Shown here: positions 47,018 through 59,067 of the stretch, in pieces | Numbering within the stretch: position 1 is the stretch's first letter | How the letters are laid out: each line of letters starts with the position of its first letter | From: Phyllobates terribilis | Taxonomy: Eukaryota | Direction: 5' to 3' | Assembly (NCBI RefSeq): GCF_046119375.1 | Contig: NW_027362761.1 | Location: forward strand, 467,976,001 to 468,040,000 | Length of the DNA: 64,000 bases | Program-made: the position numbers and the translations under genes | Notes under the pieces: generated by a model | Databases searched by the model: none | Seen by the model: only the letters and a program-made list of their open reading frames with translations | What the model was told of the DNA's origin: nothing

Positions 47018-48393
47018 CACCGCGTTCCAAATTATTATGCAAAAAGTGTTTAGGAGTGATAAGGGAAGAATTTGTTTGTTTGTCAGTTAAACTCATTGAT
47101 GGTGATGTGTGTCAGGGCTCTTTATATCACTGTAAGCAATTGCAGACACCTGTGCTAATTAGTTTGGCAGGTGTGTCCAATGAAAGGCAAGACTACTTAA
47201 GAAGGCTCTCTCACATTATTAAGCAGCCTACATTTTCTGCCAAAATGGGAAAGAAAAAGGATGTGTCGGCTGCTGAGAAGCAACAAATTGTGGAGTGTTT
47301 AGGTCAAGGCATGACTACAATCAACATTGTGCGATGATCAGGATGAAGTGTCTTGGCAATCAAGAAGTATGTAGCTGATTCACAGTACACACGTGTGCGT
47401 GCTGATAAGGGCAAATTGAGGACTCTTTCCTACAGGCAATTACGTCAGGTTGAAACAGCAGCGGCAAAAAAGCCTTGTCATAGCAGCAGACAAGTTTTTG
47501 AAGCTGCTTGTGCCTCCAACGTCCCCCGAACAACAAGATGCAGGGTCCTTCAGAGGTTTGCAGCTGTGCATATGCCATCCTGTCGACCTCCTCTATCCAC
47601 TTCACACAAGCAGAAACGGCTCCAGTGGGCCAAACATTACATGAAGACTGATTTCAAAACTGTTTTGTTCACGGATGAGTGCCGTGCAGCGCTCGATGGT
47701 CCAGATGAATGGAGTGGAGGATGGCTGGTTGATGGACACCCCACGCAAACACGGCTACAGCGCCAACAAGGAGGAGGTGGAGTAATGTTTTGGGCTGGAA
47801 TCATGGGGAGAGAGATTGTCGGCCCCTTTAGGATCCCTGAAGGCGCTAAAGATGAACTCCATAATGTATGTGGATTTTCTCAAACAGCACTTCCTGCCAT
47901 GGTTCAAGAAGAAGAACCGTGTATTTCACAGCAAGATCATTTTTCTGCATGATAATGCACCATCTCATGCTGCACATAAAACATCTGCATCTCTGGCTGA
48001 TATGGGCATAAAAGGGGACAAACTTATGGTGTGACCCCCATGCTCCCCTGACCTCTACCCCATTCAGAACCTTTGGAGCATCATTAAAAGGAGTGTCTAT
48101 GATGGCGGGAGGCAGTTCACATCTAAGCAACAGCTCTGGGAGGGTATTCTGTCCTCATGCAAAACAATTGAAGCAGAAACCATCCAAAACCTGACAAATT
48201 CAATGGACGAGAGAGTTCAGAAGCTCCTTTCGAACAAGGGGTCCTATGTGAAAATGTAACATCACCTAGAATAAAGTTTTGAGTTGAAAACTGTTTGATT
48301 TCAGTTTCTAACAACCTGCTAATGCTTATAATTTCAAAAATGACCATTTTTTTGGTCTTTATTAAAATTAAAAGGTTGATCGAAAAGTTTGGG
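47018..48393 (+). mobile_element. Cargo DD37E Tc1 element in copy B
   Basis: Homolog of 39232-40607 with the same junctions and the same internal stop after NIVR. Confidence 0.88.
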
Positions 48394-48716
48394 GGATCTA
48401 AGAGTGTGGCAACCCAGTAGTCATGATTACTTCGAATTCTGACAATATGAGGGTCATGCTGCAGGTAGTGCAGCAAGAAGGCACTTATGTGTCTTGCGCA
48501 TCTCGGAGCCCCAAAATTATTTTCCGGGCTAGATGCAGCTAAAAATTATTTTTAATTTTAAATCTGGTGAAGCTTATTATAGATGGCCTAATAGGATCAG
48601 TGCTGCACACTGCTGCAAAGCCCAAATTATTTTCCAGTCAAGATACAGATAAACATGATTAGTAATTTGAAAGCTTAAAATGGTTGGTAGGGTGATTTTA
48701 ACCAATCATCAAGCTT

Positions 48717-51700
48717 TTACTCTCCCCAGGATGACACAGGGGTAGAAAAGTCGTTTTGGATCCATGATTTGTTCATCTTTATGAACGTGAGTCTGTCTAC
48801 ATTATCAGTGGAGAGCCGCGTGCGCTTATCTGTCAGCACACCACCAGCAGCGCTGAACACACGTTCAGACAGAACGCTGGCTGCGGGGCATGACAAGATC
48901 TCCAAGGCGTAAGTGGCTAGCTCCGGCCATTTATCCAGATTGGAAGCCCAAAAAGAGCAAGGGTCCAGTGACACAGTCGTGGCTTCAATGTTTACTTGGA
49001 GATACTCCTGTACCATCGTCTCTAGGCGTTGACTATGTGTCAGACTTCTTGTCTCCTGTGGCCTTGCAAAGGATGGGCTAAAAAAGTGGTGAAATGATTC
49101 CGCAAAATTGATGTTACCAGCAGATACTGTGGTTCTGTTACGGTTTGAGTGCTGAACACTTGACGGTCCCACGGTTGGCAAGTTGGAACTGTGAGATTCA
49201 CTACGTGCACCACTGGTATTTTGTGGAAAAGCACATGTAAGATTCTGCAACAGTCTCTGCTGATACTCCTGCATGCGTGCATCCCTTTCTATGGCAGGAA
49301 TAATTTCTGCAAATTTACTTTTGTACCGGGGATCTAACAGTGTGGCAACCCAGTAGTCAGGATTATTTCTAATTCTCACAATTCGAGGGTCATGTTGCAG
49401 GTAGTGCAGCAAGAAGGCACTCATGTGTGTTGCGCATCCAGGAGCACCAAGTCCCTGTTGTGTTGGTGGCGAGGTAACAATCATGCTTCCTTCCTCTGTC
49501 CTCTCCCCCCAACCTCGCACAACAGAAATGTGATCAAGGTCTCCCTCATCTGATGAGTCTTCCATCAGTTCGTCCTCCACTTCTTCCTGGGCTCCTGCAC
49601 CTTCCTCACTAGTTTGGCTGCTACCATGCGCCCTGGTAAAATCATCTCCCCCACCCTCACATGCCTGCCGCCTAAACATCTTCGTCGCCATTTCAAAACT
49701 GTGCAGAAGGGTGCATAGGTCCCTGATCTGAGACCACTCCTCCAGCGTGATTTGCCCCACCTCTGAATCTCGTTGGCCCAGGCTATACGTCAGAACGTAT
49801 TGCACCAGGGCTTGTCGGTGCTGCCACAGTCGCTGCAACATGTGCAGAGTTGAATTCCACCGGGTAGGCACATCGCATTTTAGCCGGTGAAGTGGCAGGC
49901 CCAACGACTTCTGTAGAGATGTAAGTCGCTGAGCTGCGGGATGCGAACGGCGGAAGTGAGCACACAGCGACCGTGCCCTCTGCAGAAGGCCATCTAGTCT
50001 GGGATAGTGGGCTAAAAATTGCTGGACAACCAGGTTCAACACGTGAGCCATACAAGGCACGTGTGTGACATTGCCCCGGCGAAGGGCCGCACCCAGGTTT
50101 GCAGCATTGTCGCACACGGCCTTCCCTGGTTTCAGGTCCAGTGGAGACAACCATTCATGAAATTGGTTCTCCAGAGCTGACCACAACTCCTCAGCTGTGT
50201 GACTCACATTTCCCAGACATTTCAATGTAAAAACCGCCTGATGACGTTGAGCCCTACTGCCAGCATAGTAAGGAGGTGTGCAGGATCCCTTCTGCGCAGT
50301 TAGAAAGCTTGTGGCATGACCAGACAGGCTTTGGGTGCAGGTGGAAGACCGAGAGGAGGTTGAGGAGGCAGAAGCAGTGGAGGAACTTTGACATAAAGAG
50401 GATTGACGCACAACTCGTGGGGACGGCAAGACTTGGACAGCAGCCCCTTGTCCTGCTGTCACCATAGTTACCCAGTGCCCAGTCAGCGACATGTAACGCC
50501 CCTGTCCATGCCTACTCGTCCAAGTGTCTGTGGTGAAATGCACCCTGTCACACACAGAGTTTCTCAAAGAAGCGGTGATGTTGTGTGCGACATGCTGGTG
50601 GAGCGCAGGCACACCTTTCTTTGAGAAGTAGTGCCGACTGGGCATCTGGTACTGGGGCACTGCGACGGACATAAGGTCTCGAAAATCCTCTGTGTCCACC
50701 AGGCGGAAAGGCAGCATTTCTGTAGCCAAGAGCTTGCAGATGGTGAAATTCAACCTCTTAGCTTTCTCATGGCTAGGAGGAAATGGTCTTTTACTTGTCC
50801 ACATCTGAGGGACCGAGGGCTGGCTATTGTGCTTAGACGGGGTTGATAAGGGTGTCCCCGGCAAACTGCCGGTCTGTGAGGAAGATGCAGGCGGACATGT
50901 TAGGTTGCCTTGATCCAAAGGTGGTGCAATCGATGTCGGACAGCGCTCAAGACCAGCTGGTGTTACCACCTCCAAAGAAAATGATGACCTGCCAATCACG
51001 CTGGCTGTTGCGGGTAAAGAGGTGGCAGGTCTGCGCCCCAAAACAGGTGTGACTGCTGTCCCCCCAGTCACAGAGGATGAAGAGGCCGCGGATGCACAAG
51101 ATATGGCAGACGGTGGTTGGCCCGGCCGGCTAGGCCGCATTGTAGCACACTGAGCTTCCCACTGCAACTTATGCTTCATGTCCATGTGCCGGTTCATGCA
51201 TGAAGTACTCAAACTATGTATTTTTTGGCCTCTACTTAGCTTTTGCTGACAAATGTTACAGATAACACGAGTTGGGTCATCTTTATCGATCTGAAAAAAT
51301 GCCCAGGCTATGCAAGGCTTAGCACCCATGCGACTTGAAGAGCCACCACGACTTGTGGTGAGAGGCAGAGTTGTGTTTGAGGATGCAGTTGTTGACGTGC
51401 TTCCAGTACTACGTCTCTGTCCAGGAAGGCGCAACCTGACCTCGTCGTCACTAGCATCTTCCTCCACCTCCTCTGCTGACCTCATCTCTTGGCTGACTGT
51501 GGGTTGACAGTAAGTGGGATCTCCGACCTCATCATCATCACCCTGTGCGTTATCACACCCGTCGTCCTCAGAGCCAACCTGTTCCTGCCCTGACAAAAAA
51601 CTAAAGTTGTCGCTCCAATCAGGTATTTGAGTCTTATCATCGTCTTCCTCATTGTCTCCACCAACAGGAGTTACAGTTTGGGAATGAGGGTCTACATTAT

Positions 51701-52223
51701 GGTCAGAACCTTCTGCGTCTGGTCCTGGATCCGACTCATAAAGATTCTGGGCATCAGTGCAGATCATTTCCTCGTCTGGATTCACAGAAGCGCTGGAGTC
51801 GACCTCTGATTCCCAGGCTATAGTATGAGTAAACAGCTCTGCAGACTCAACCATCTGTTCTACCTCATACTCAGACAGGCAGCTGGAGATTTGGGAGCTG
51901 TGAGGAAGCAAGTGCGATTTGGGTGACACCTTTGAGGACTGGAGTATTTGTGATGTTGAAGTTGATGTGGAGGAGAGCCCACTTAAAGGAGCACTTGATA
52001 TCCGTTGAAGCACCTGCTGTTTTTGTGCCTCATCTGGAATTTGAAGCGATTGGCGTGGCCGTAAGAAAGGGATCTTATCACATTGTCCGCTAAGAGAAGT
52101 AGACATTTTAGTTTGGCTGGAAGATGGTCTTTCTTCTGCACCTACCCCACGGACACAACCTTTTTTCCCCTTCCCAACACGCCTATTCCCCTTTCCACCA
52201 GCAGCAGGCCTTTTTCCACTCAT
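48717..52223 (-). CDS. hAT (Ac-type) transposase with BED finger, 1168-aa open frame
   Basis: BED AWAFF...CNIC...HMDMKH; catalytic TTDTW, VCDNAA, CMAH, PTRWNS, SVLSERVFS; C-terminal dimerization domain. Has 7-aa and 57-aa in-frame deletions relative to copy A. Confidence 0.92.
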   Translation of the reverse strand: MSGKRPAAGGKGNRRVGKGKKGCVRGVGAEERPSSSQTKMSTSLSGQCDKIPFLRPRQSLQIPDEAQKQQVLQRISSAPLSGLSSTSTSTSQILQSSKVSPKSHLLPHSSQISSCLSEYEVEQMVESAELFTHTIAWESEVDSSASVNPDEEMICTDAQNLYESDPGPDAEGSDHNVDPHSQTVTPVGGDNEEDDDKTQIPDWSDNFSFLSGQEQVGSEDDGCDNAQGDDDEVGDPTYCQPTVSQEMRSAEEVEEDASDDEVRLRLPGQRRSTGSTSTTASSNTTLPLTTSRGGSSSRMGAKPCIAWAFFQIDKDDPTRVICNICQQKLSRGQKIHSLSTSCMNRHMDMKHKLQWEAQCATMRPSRPGQPPSAISCASAASSSSVTGGTAVTPVLGRRPATSLPATASVIGRSSFSLEVVTPAGLERCPTSIAPPLDQGNLTCPPASSSQTGSLPGTPLSTPSKHNSQPSVPQMWTSKRPFPPSHEKAKRLNFTICKLLATEMLPFRLVDTEDFRDLMSVAVPQYQMPSRHYFSKKGVPALHQHVAHNITASLRNSVCDRVHFTTDTWTSRHGQGRYMSLTGHWVTMVTAGQGAAVQVLPSPRVVRQSSLCQSSSTASASSTSSRSSTCTQSLSGHATSFLTAQKGSCTPPYYAGSRAQRHQAVFTLKCLGNVSHTAEELWSALENQFHEWLSPLDLKPGKAVCDNAANLGAALRRGNVTHVPCMAHVLNLVVQQFLAHYPRLDGLLQRARSLCAHFRRSHPAAQRLTSLQKSLGLPLHRLKCDVPTRWNSTLHMLQRLWQHRQALVQYVLTYSLGQRDSEVGQITLEEWSQIRDLCTLLHSFEMATKMFRRQACEGGGDDFTRAHGSSQTSEEGAGAQEEVEDELMEDSSDEGDLDHISVVRGWGERTEEGSMIVTSPPTQQGLGAPGCATHMSAFLLHYLQHDPRIVRIRNNPDYWVATLLDPRYKSKFAEIIPAIERDARMQEYQQRLLQNLTCAFPQNTSGARSESHSSNLPTVGPSSVQHSNRNRTTVSAGNINFAESFHHFFSPSFARPQETRSLTHSQRLETMVQEYLQVNIEATTVSLDPCSFWASNLDKWPELATYALEILSCPAASVLSERVFSAAGGVLTDKRTRLSTDNVDRLTFIKMNKSWIQNDFSTPVSSWGE

Positions 52224-52334
52224 TTTGGTGGTTAACTAATTCACAACTCTGGAGTTGTTTGCACAAAAAAACAATGGATGGTAACCGAGCAGAGCTGAGT
52301 GGCCAAACTGTGGTATTAGGCCAAAACTATTGGC

Positions 52335-55300
52335 TGGGTTAGATGCAGAAAAAAAATATTTTTAATTTGCAACCTGATGGAGGTCAGTATAGATGGACTA
52401 ATAGACCAAGTCCCACACACCGCTAGAAGCCCAAATATTTTTTCAGAGCTAGATGCAGAAATTTTTTTTATTCAATTTGCAACCTGATGGAGGTCAGTAT
52501 AGATGGACTAATAGACCAAGTCCCACACACTGCTAGAAGCCCAAATATTTTTTCAGAGCTAGATGCAGAAAAAAATTATTTTTAATTTGCAACCTGATGG
52601 AGGTCAGTATAGATGGACTAATAGACCAAGTCCCACACACTGCTAGAAGCCCAAATATTTTTTCAGAGCTAGATGCAGAAAAAAATTATTTTTAATTTGC
52701 AACCTGATGGAGGTCAGTATAGATGGACTAATAGACCAAGTCCCACACACCGCTAGAAGCCCAAATATTTTTTCAGAGCTAGATGCAGAAAATTTTTTTA
52801 TTCAATTTGCAACCTGATGGAGGTCAGTATAGATGGACTAATAGACCAAGTCCCACACACTGCTAGAAGCCCAAATATTTTTTCAGAGCTAGATGCAGAA
52901 AAAAATTATTTTTAATTTGCAACCTGATGGAGGTCAGTATAGATGGACTAATAGACCAAGTCCCACACACTGCTAGAAGCCCAAATATTTTTTCAGAGCT
53001 AGATGCAGAAAAAAATTATTTTTAATTTGCAACCTGATGGAGGTCAGTATAGATGGACTAATAGACCAAGTCCCACACACTGCTAGAAGCCCAAATATTT
53101 TTTCAGAGCTAGATGCAGAAAAAAAATATTTTTAATTTGCAACCTGATGGAGGTCAGTATAGATGGACTAATAGACCAAGTCCCACACACCGCTAGAAGC
53201 CCAAATATTTTTTCAGAGCTAGATGCAGAAAATTTTTTTATTCAATTTGCAACCTGATGGAGGTCAGTATAGATGGACTAATAGACCAAGTCCCACACAC
53301 TGCTAGAAGCCCAAATATTTTTTCAGAGCTAGATGCAGAAAAAAATTATTTTTAATTTGCAACCTGATGGAGGTCAGTATAGATGGACTAATAGACCAAG
53401 TCCCACACACTGCTAGAAGCCTAAATATTTTTATAGAGCTAGATGCAGAAAAAAATTATTTTTAATTTGCAACCTGATGGAGGTCAGTATAGATGGACTA
53501 ATAGAACAAGTCCCACACGCTGCTAGAAGCCCAAATATTTTTTCAGAGATAAAAGAAGAAAAAAATTATTTTTAATTTGCAACCTGATGGAGGTCAGTAT
53601 AGATGGACTAATAGACCAAGTCCCACACACTGCTAGAAGCCGAAATATTTTTTCAGAGCTAGATGCAGAAAAAAATTATTTTTAATTTGCAACCTGATGG
53701 AGGTCAGTATAGATGGACTAATAGACCAAGTCCCACACACCGCTAGAAGCCCAAATATTTTTTCAGAGCTAGATGCAGAAAAAAATTATATTCAATTTGC
53801 AACCTGCTGGAGGTCAGTATAGAAGGACTAATAGAACAAGTCCCACACACTGCTAGAAGCCCAAATATTTTTTCAGAGCTAAATGAAGAAAAAAATTATT
53901 TTTAATTTGCAACCTGATGGAGGTCAGTATAGATGGACTAATAGACCAAGTCCCACACACTGCTAGAAGCCCAAATATTTTTTCAGAGCTAGATGCAGAA
54001 AAAAAATATTTTTAATTTGCAACCTGATGGAGGTCAGTATAGATGGACTAATAGACCAAGTCCCACACACCGCTAGAAGCCCAAATATTTTTTCAGAGCT
54101 AGATGCAGAAAATTTTTTTATTCAATTTGCAACCTGATGGAGGTCAGTATAGATGGATTAATAGACCAAGTCCCACACACTGCTAGAAGCCCAAATATTT
54201 TTTCATAGCTAGATGCAGAAAAAAATTATTTTCAATTTGCAACCTGATGGAGGTCAGTATAGATGGACTAATAGACCAAGTCCCACACACTGCTAGAAGC
54301 CCAAATATTTTTTCAGAGCTAGATGCAGAAAAAAAATATTTTTAATTTGCAACCTGATGGAGGTCAGTATAGATGGACTAATAGAACAAGTCCCACACGC
54401 TGCTAGAAGCCCAAATATTTTTTCAGAGCTAAATGAAGAAAAAAATTATTTTTAATTTGCAACCTGATGGAGGTCAGTATAGATGGACTAATAGACCAAG
54501 TCCCACACACTGCTAGAAGCCCAAATATTTTTTCAGAGCTAGATGCAGAAAAAAATTATTTTTAATTTGCAACCTGATGGAGGTCAGTATAGATGGACTA
54601 ATAGACCAAGTCCCACACACCGCTAGAAGCCCAAATATTTTTTCAGAGCTAGATGCAGAAAATTTTTTTATTCAATTTGCAACCTGATGGAGGTCAGTAT
54701 AGATGGACTAATAGACCAAGTCCCACACACTGCTAGAAGCCCAAATATTTTTTCAGAGCTAGATGCAGAAAAAAATTATTTTTAATTTGCAACCTGATGG
54801 AGGTCAGTATAGATGGACTAATAGACCAAGTCCCACACACTGCTAGAAGCCCAAATATTTTTTCAGAGCTAGATGCAGAAAAAAATTATTTTTAATTTGC
54901 AACCTGATGGAGGTCAGTATAGATGGACTAATAGAACAAGTCCCACACACTGCTAGAAGCCCAAATATTTTTTCAGAGATAAATGAAGAAAAAAATTATT
55001 TTTAATTTGCAACCTGATGGAGGTCAGTATAGATGGACTAATAGACCAAGTCCCACACACTGCTAGAAGCCCAAATATTTTTTCAGAGCTAGATGCAGAA
55101 AAAAATTATTTTTAATTTGCAACCTGATGGAGGTCAGTATAGATGGACTAATAGACCAAGTCCCACACACCGCTAGAAGCCCAAATATTTTTTCAGAGCT
55201 AGATGCAGAAAAAAATTATATTCAATTTGCAACCTGCTGGAGGTCAGTATAGAAGGACTAATAGAACAAGTCCCACACACTGCTAGAAGCCCAAATATTT

Positions 55301-55487
55301 TTTCAGAGCTAAATGAAGAAAAAAATTATTTTTAATTTGCAACCTGATGGAGGTCAGTATAGATGGACTAATAGACCAAGTCCCACACACTGCTAGAAGC
55401 CCAAATATTTTTTCAGAGCTAGATGCAGAAAAAAATTATATTCAATTTGCAACCTGATGGAGGTCAGTATAGATGGACTAATAGAAT
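52335..55487. repeat. 110-bp tandem satellite, about 29 monomers, inside hAT copy B
   Basis: CCTGATGGAGG at strict 110-bp spacing; reverse complement of the copy A monomer family with the same array boundaries. Confidence 0.97.
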
Positions 55488-57351
55488 GATGCTATGCCCA
55501 AAAGATTTTACTTCACTAGGTGCAGTAAAAAAATTGGTATTCTATACACAGGTGGTATATCTTGCAACACAGATAGGCTACTCCACTGACTAACACACTC
55601 TGCAATAGGCCAAAAAGGATTAGCTTTGCTAGATTCAGCCAAATGCTGTGAAAAAAACTTGCACAGCACTGGCACAGACCTGCCTGGCAAAAACTGATAG
55701 GAACTGATGTAACCTAGTCCTGAAAAGGACTCCAATTACAATTAGTCTTTACTCCCACAATCTATCTATTTAAGAGCACAGACCTGCCTGATAAAAGTCG
55801 TAGGAAATGCTGTAACCTAGTCCTTAAAAGGACTGCAATCACAACTATTCCCTACTCCCAAGCTATCTGTATATTTGTGCGAAAATTGGCTGGAAATTAA
55901 CAAGGTATAGCTCACACAGCAACAGCGGTGCCATCTAACACGCAGCTGCAGCAGTGAGAAAATGGTGGCGACGGGGAAAATGGCTTGGTCTTATAGGGCA
56001 AGGACATGTGACATACACTGCCAATCACACATGCCCTTGCTTGTGTGAAAAAAAGCACTTCGCTCCGTGTGTGCGCTGCTGATAGGCTGACAGATTGCAC
56101 CTCCCCACTGCAAATGCGGGAAAGAGAAAAAAAAATGGAGATCTTCATTGTTCCTGCAGAGATCCATCCCCTGCCCCTCCCCCCGCCCCGCTGTACACTC
56201 AAACTGCGTATTAACATTAATTTTCATCATTACTGAGAAAAAATCCAGTTATGATTTTGGTGCACGAACAGTTATCGAACATAACCTCGAACAGCCGAAT
56301 TTTTCTCAAATTGTTCGTGTTCGCCGATCGGCTCGAACACCGCCCAAAACAGCTTGAATTTGAGATTGGCGAACAGTTCGAGTAGAACACCGCTCATCTC
56401 TACTCTTAAGCTTCCAAGCTTCTCCCTTTTTCCTCCAAATGTAACGATGGTCATTATGGCCAAAAAAATTAATTTTAGTTTCATCAGACCACAGGACATG
56501 TCTCCAAAAATTAGAGTCTTTGTTCCTGTGTACATTTGCAAAAATTAATCTTGCTTTTTTATGTTTCTTTTGGAGTAATGGCTTCTTCCTGGAAGAGTGA
56601 CCTTTCAGCCCATGTTGATATTGTAATCGTTTCAATGTGGATATTAACACAATCTTACCAGCTTCCGCCATCATCTTCACAAGGTCTTTTGCTTTTGTCC
56701 TTGGGTTGATATACACATGTCGGACCAAAGCACGTTCAATCCTGGGACACAGAACCCGTCTCCTTCCTGAGCGGTATGATGGCTGGACATACCCGTCCTG
56801 TTTGCACTTGCGTATAATTGTTTTTACAGATGGACGAGGCACCTTAAGGTATCTTGAAATTGTACCCAAGGATGAGCCAGACTTGTGAAAGTCCATAATT
56901 CTTTTCCTGATATCTTGGGTGATTTCTTTAGTTTCCCATGATGCTACACAAAGAGGTAGTGGGTTTCAGGTGTGCATTAAAATACATCCACAGATTTGAC
57001 TTTAATTTACTCAGATGTTGCCAAAACACCTATCAGAAGCATCCAAACACATGACATCATCAAATGGGCAGTCCAGAATTTTTTAAAGGCATAGTAATAT
57101 TAGTGTATGTACGCTTTTGACTTTGAAATAAGTAATAAAAATACCTTAAAACATTCTCTCGCTCATTGGTCTGGCATTTGGCAAATAATAAAAATTACGG
57201 TAATCCTAATTGACCTAAATTGGAAAAGTTTATTCTGATTTCATGTCATATATTGAGAAAAACGTGTATATGTGTCTTTTTATATAGTGTATGCAAACTT
57301 CTGGTTTAAACTTTATGTATGTATATATATACATATATATATATATATATA

Positions 57352-58970
57352 CAGTACAGACCAAAAGTTTGGACACATCTTCTCATTTAAAGATTTTTCT
57401 GTATTTTCATGACTATGAAGATTGTACATTCACACTGAAGGCATCAAAACTATGAATTAACACATGTGGAATTATATACTTAACAAAAAAGTGTGAAACA
57501 ACTGAAAATATGTCTTATTGTCTAGGTTCTTCAAAGTAGCCACCTTTGGCTTTGGTGACTGCTTTGCACACTCTTGGCATTCTCTTGATGAGCTTCAATA
57601 GGTAGTCACCGGAAATGGTCTTCCAAAATCTTGAAGGAGTTCCCAGAGATGCTTAGCACTTGTTGGCCCTTTTGCCTTCACTCTGCAGTCCTGCTCTTCC
57701 CAAACCATCTCGATTGGGTTCAGGTCTGGTGACTGTGGAGGCCAGGTCATCTGGTGTAGCACCCCATCATTCTCCTTCTTGGTCAAATAGCCCTTACACA
57801 GCCTGGAGGTGTGTTTGGGGTCATTGTCCTGTTGAAAAATAAATGATGGTCCAACTAAAAGCAAACCGGATGGAATAGCATGCCGCTGCAAGATGCTGTG
57901 GTAGCCATGCTGGTTCAGTATGCCTTCAATTTTGAATAAATCCCCAACAGTGTCACCAGCAAAGCACCCCCACACCATCACACCTCCTCCTCCATGCTTC
58001 ACGGTGGGAACCAGGCATGTAGAGTCCATCCTTTCACCTTTTTTGCGTCGCACAAAGACACGGTGGTTGGAACCAAAGATCTCAAATTTGGACTCCTCAG
58101 TTCAAAGCACAGATTTCCACTGGTCTAATGTCCATTCCTTGTGTTCTTTAGCCCAAACAAGTCTCTTCTGCTTGTTGTCTGTCCTTAGCAGTGGTTTCCT
58201 AGCAGCTATTTTACCATGAAGGCCTGCTGCACAAAGTCTCCTCTTAACAGTTGTTGAAGAGATGTGTCTGCTGCTAGAACTCTGTGTGGCATTGACCTGG
58301 TCTCTAATCTGAGCTGCTGTTAACCTGGTGACTCGGATAAACTTATCCTCAGAAGCAGAGGTGACTCTTGGTCTTCCTTTCCTGGGGCGGTCCTCATGTG
58401 AGCCAGTTTCTTTGTAGCACTTGATGGTATTTGCAACTGCACTTGAGGACACTTTCAAAGTTTTCCCAATTTTTCGCACTGACTGACCTTCATTTCTTAA
58501 AGTAATGATGGCCACTCGTTTTTCTTTACTTAGCTGCTTTTTTCTTACCATAATACAAATTCTAACAGTCTATTCAGTAGGACTGTATCCAGAGCTGTCT
58601 ATCCACCTGACTTCAATACAGCACAACTGATGGTCCCAATTCCATTTGTTAGGCAAGAAATCCCACTTCTTAAACCGGACAGAGCACACCTGTGAAGTGA
58701 AAACTATTTCCGGTGACTACCTCTTGAAGCTCATCAAGAGAATGCCAAGAGTGTGCAAAGCAGTCATCAAAGCAAAATGTGGCTACTTTGAAGAACCTAG
58801 AATATAAGACATATTTTCAGTAGTTTCACACTTTTTTGCTAAGTTTATAATTCGACATGTGTTAATTCATAGTTTTGATGCCTTCAGTGTGAATGTACAA
58901 TTTTCATAGTCATGAAAATACAAAAAAATCTTTAAATGTGAAGGTGTGTCCAAACTTTTGGTCTGTACTG
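57352..58970 (-). mobile_element. Full-length Tc1 (DD34E) element with long TIRs, defective
   Basis: TA-CAGTACAGACCAAAAGTTTGGACAC at both ends; ~250-bp inverted repeats; ORFs 58102-58551 and 57595-58053 with QQDNDPKH...WPPQSPDLNPIE. Confidence 0.93.
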
Positions 58971-58992
58971 TATATATACATATATATATATA

Positions 58993-59046
<54 letters not shown>

Positions 59047-59056
59047 TATACATACA
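58971..59056. repeat. (TA)n microsatellite
   Basis: Interrupted TA run between two Tc1 elements; a shorter run lies at 57317-57351. Confidence 0.9.
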
Positions 59057-59067
59057 CAGGATAGATA

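Larger units (their letters stand above)
44243..56402 (-). mobile_element. Giant hAT transposon, copy B (12,160 bp)
   Basis: Same TIRs as copy A in reverse orientation; exact 8-bp TSD CTCTTAAG (44235-44242 and 56403-56410); collinear with A. Confidence 0.95.
43690..57315 (-). mobile_element. Sleeping Beauty/Tdr1-like Tc1 element split by hAT copy B
   Basis: Removing B and one TSD restores the frame KGEAWKLK-STILTVKHGGGSIMLWGCF. Degenerate outer TIR GTGTATGCAAACTTCTGG at ~57287-57304; inner DR AAGTTTACATACA at ~43734. Left end truncated. Confidence 0.85.

Noticed and set aside
29884-56402. Giant inverted repeat as an assembly fold-back artefact
   Set aside because: The arms have different TSDs, host elements, array lengths and variants and private indels, and there is a unique 857-bp spacer. 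Spanning reads would be the final test.
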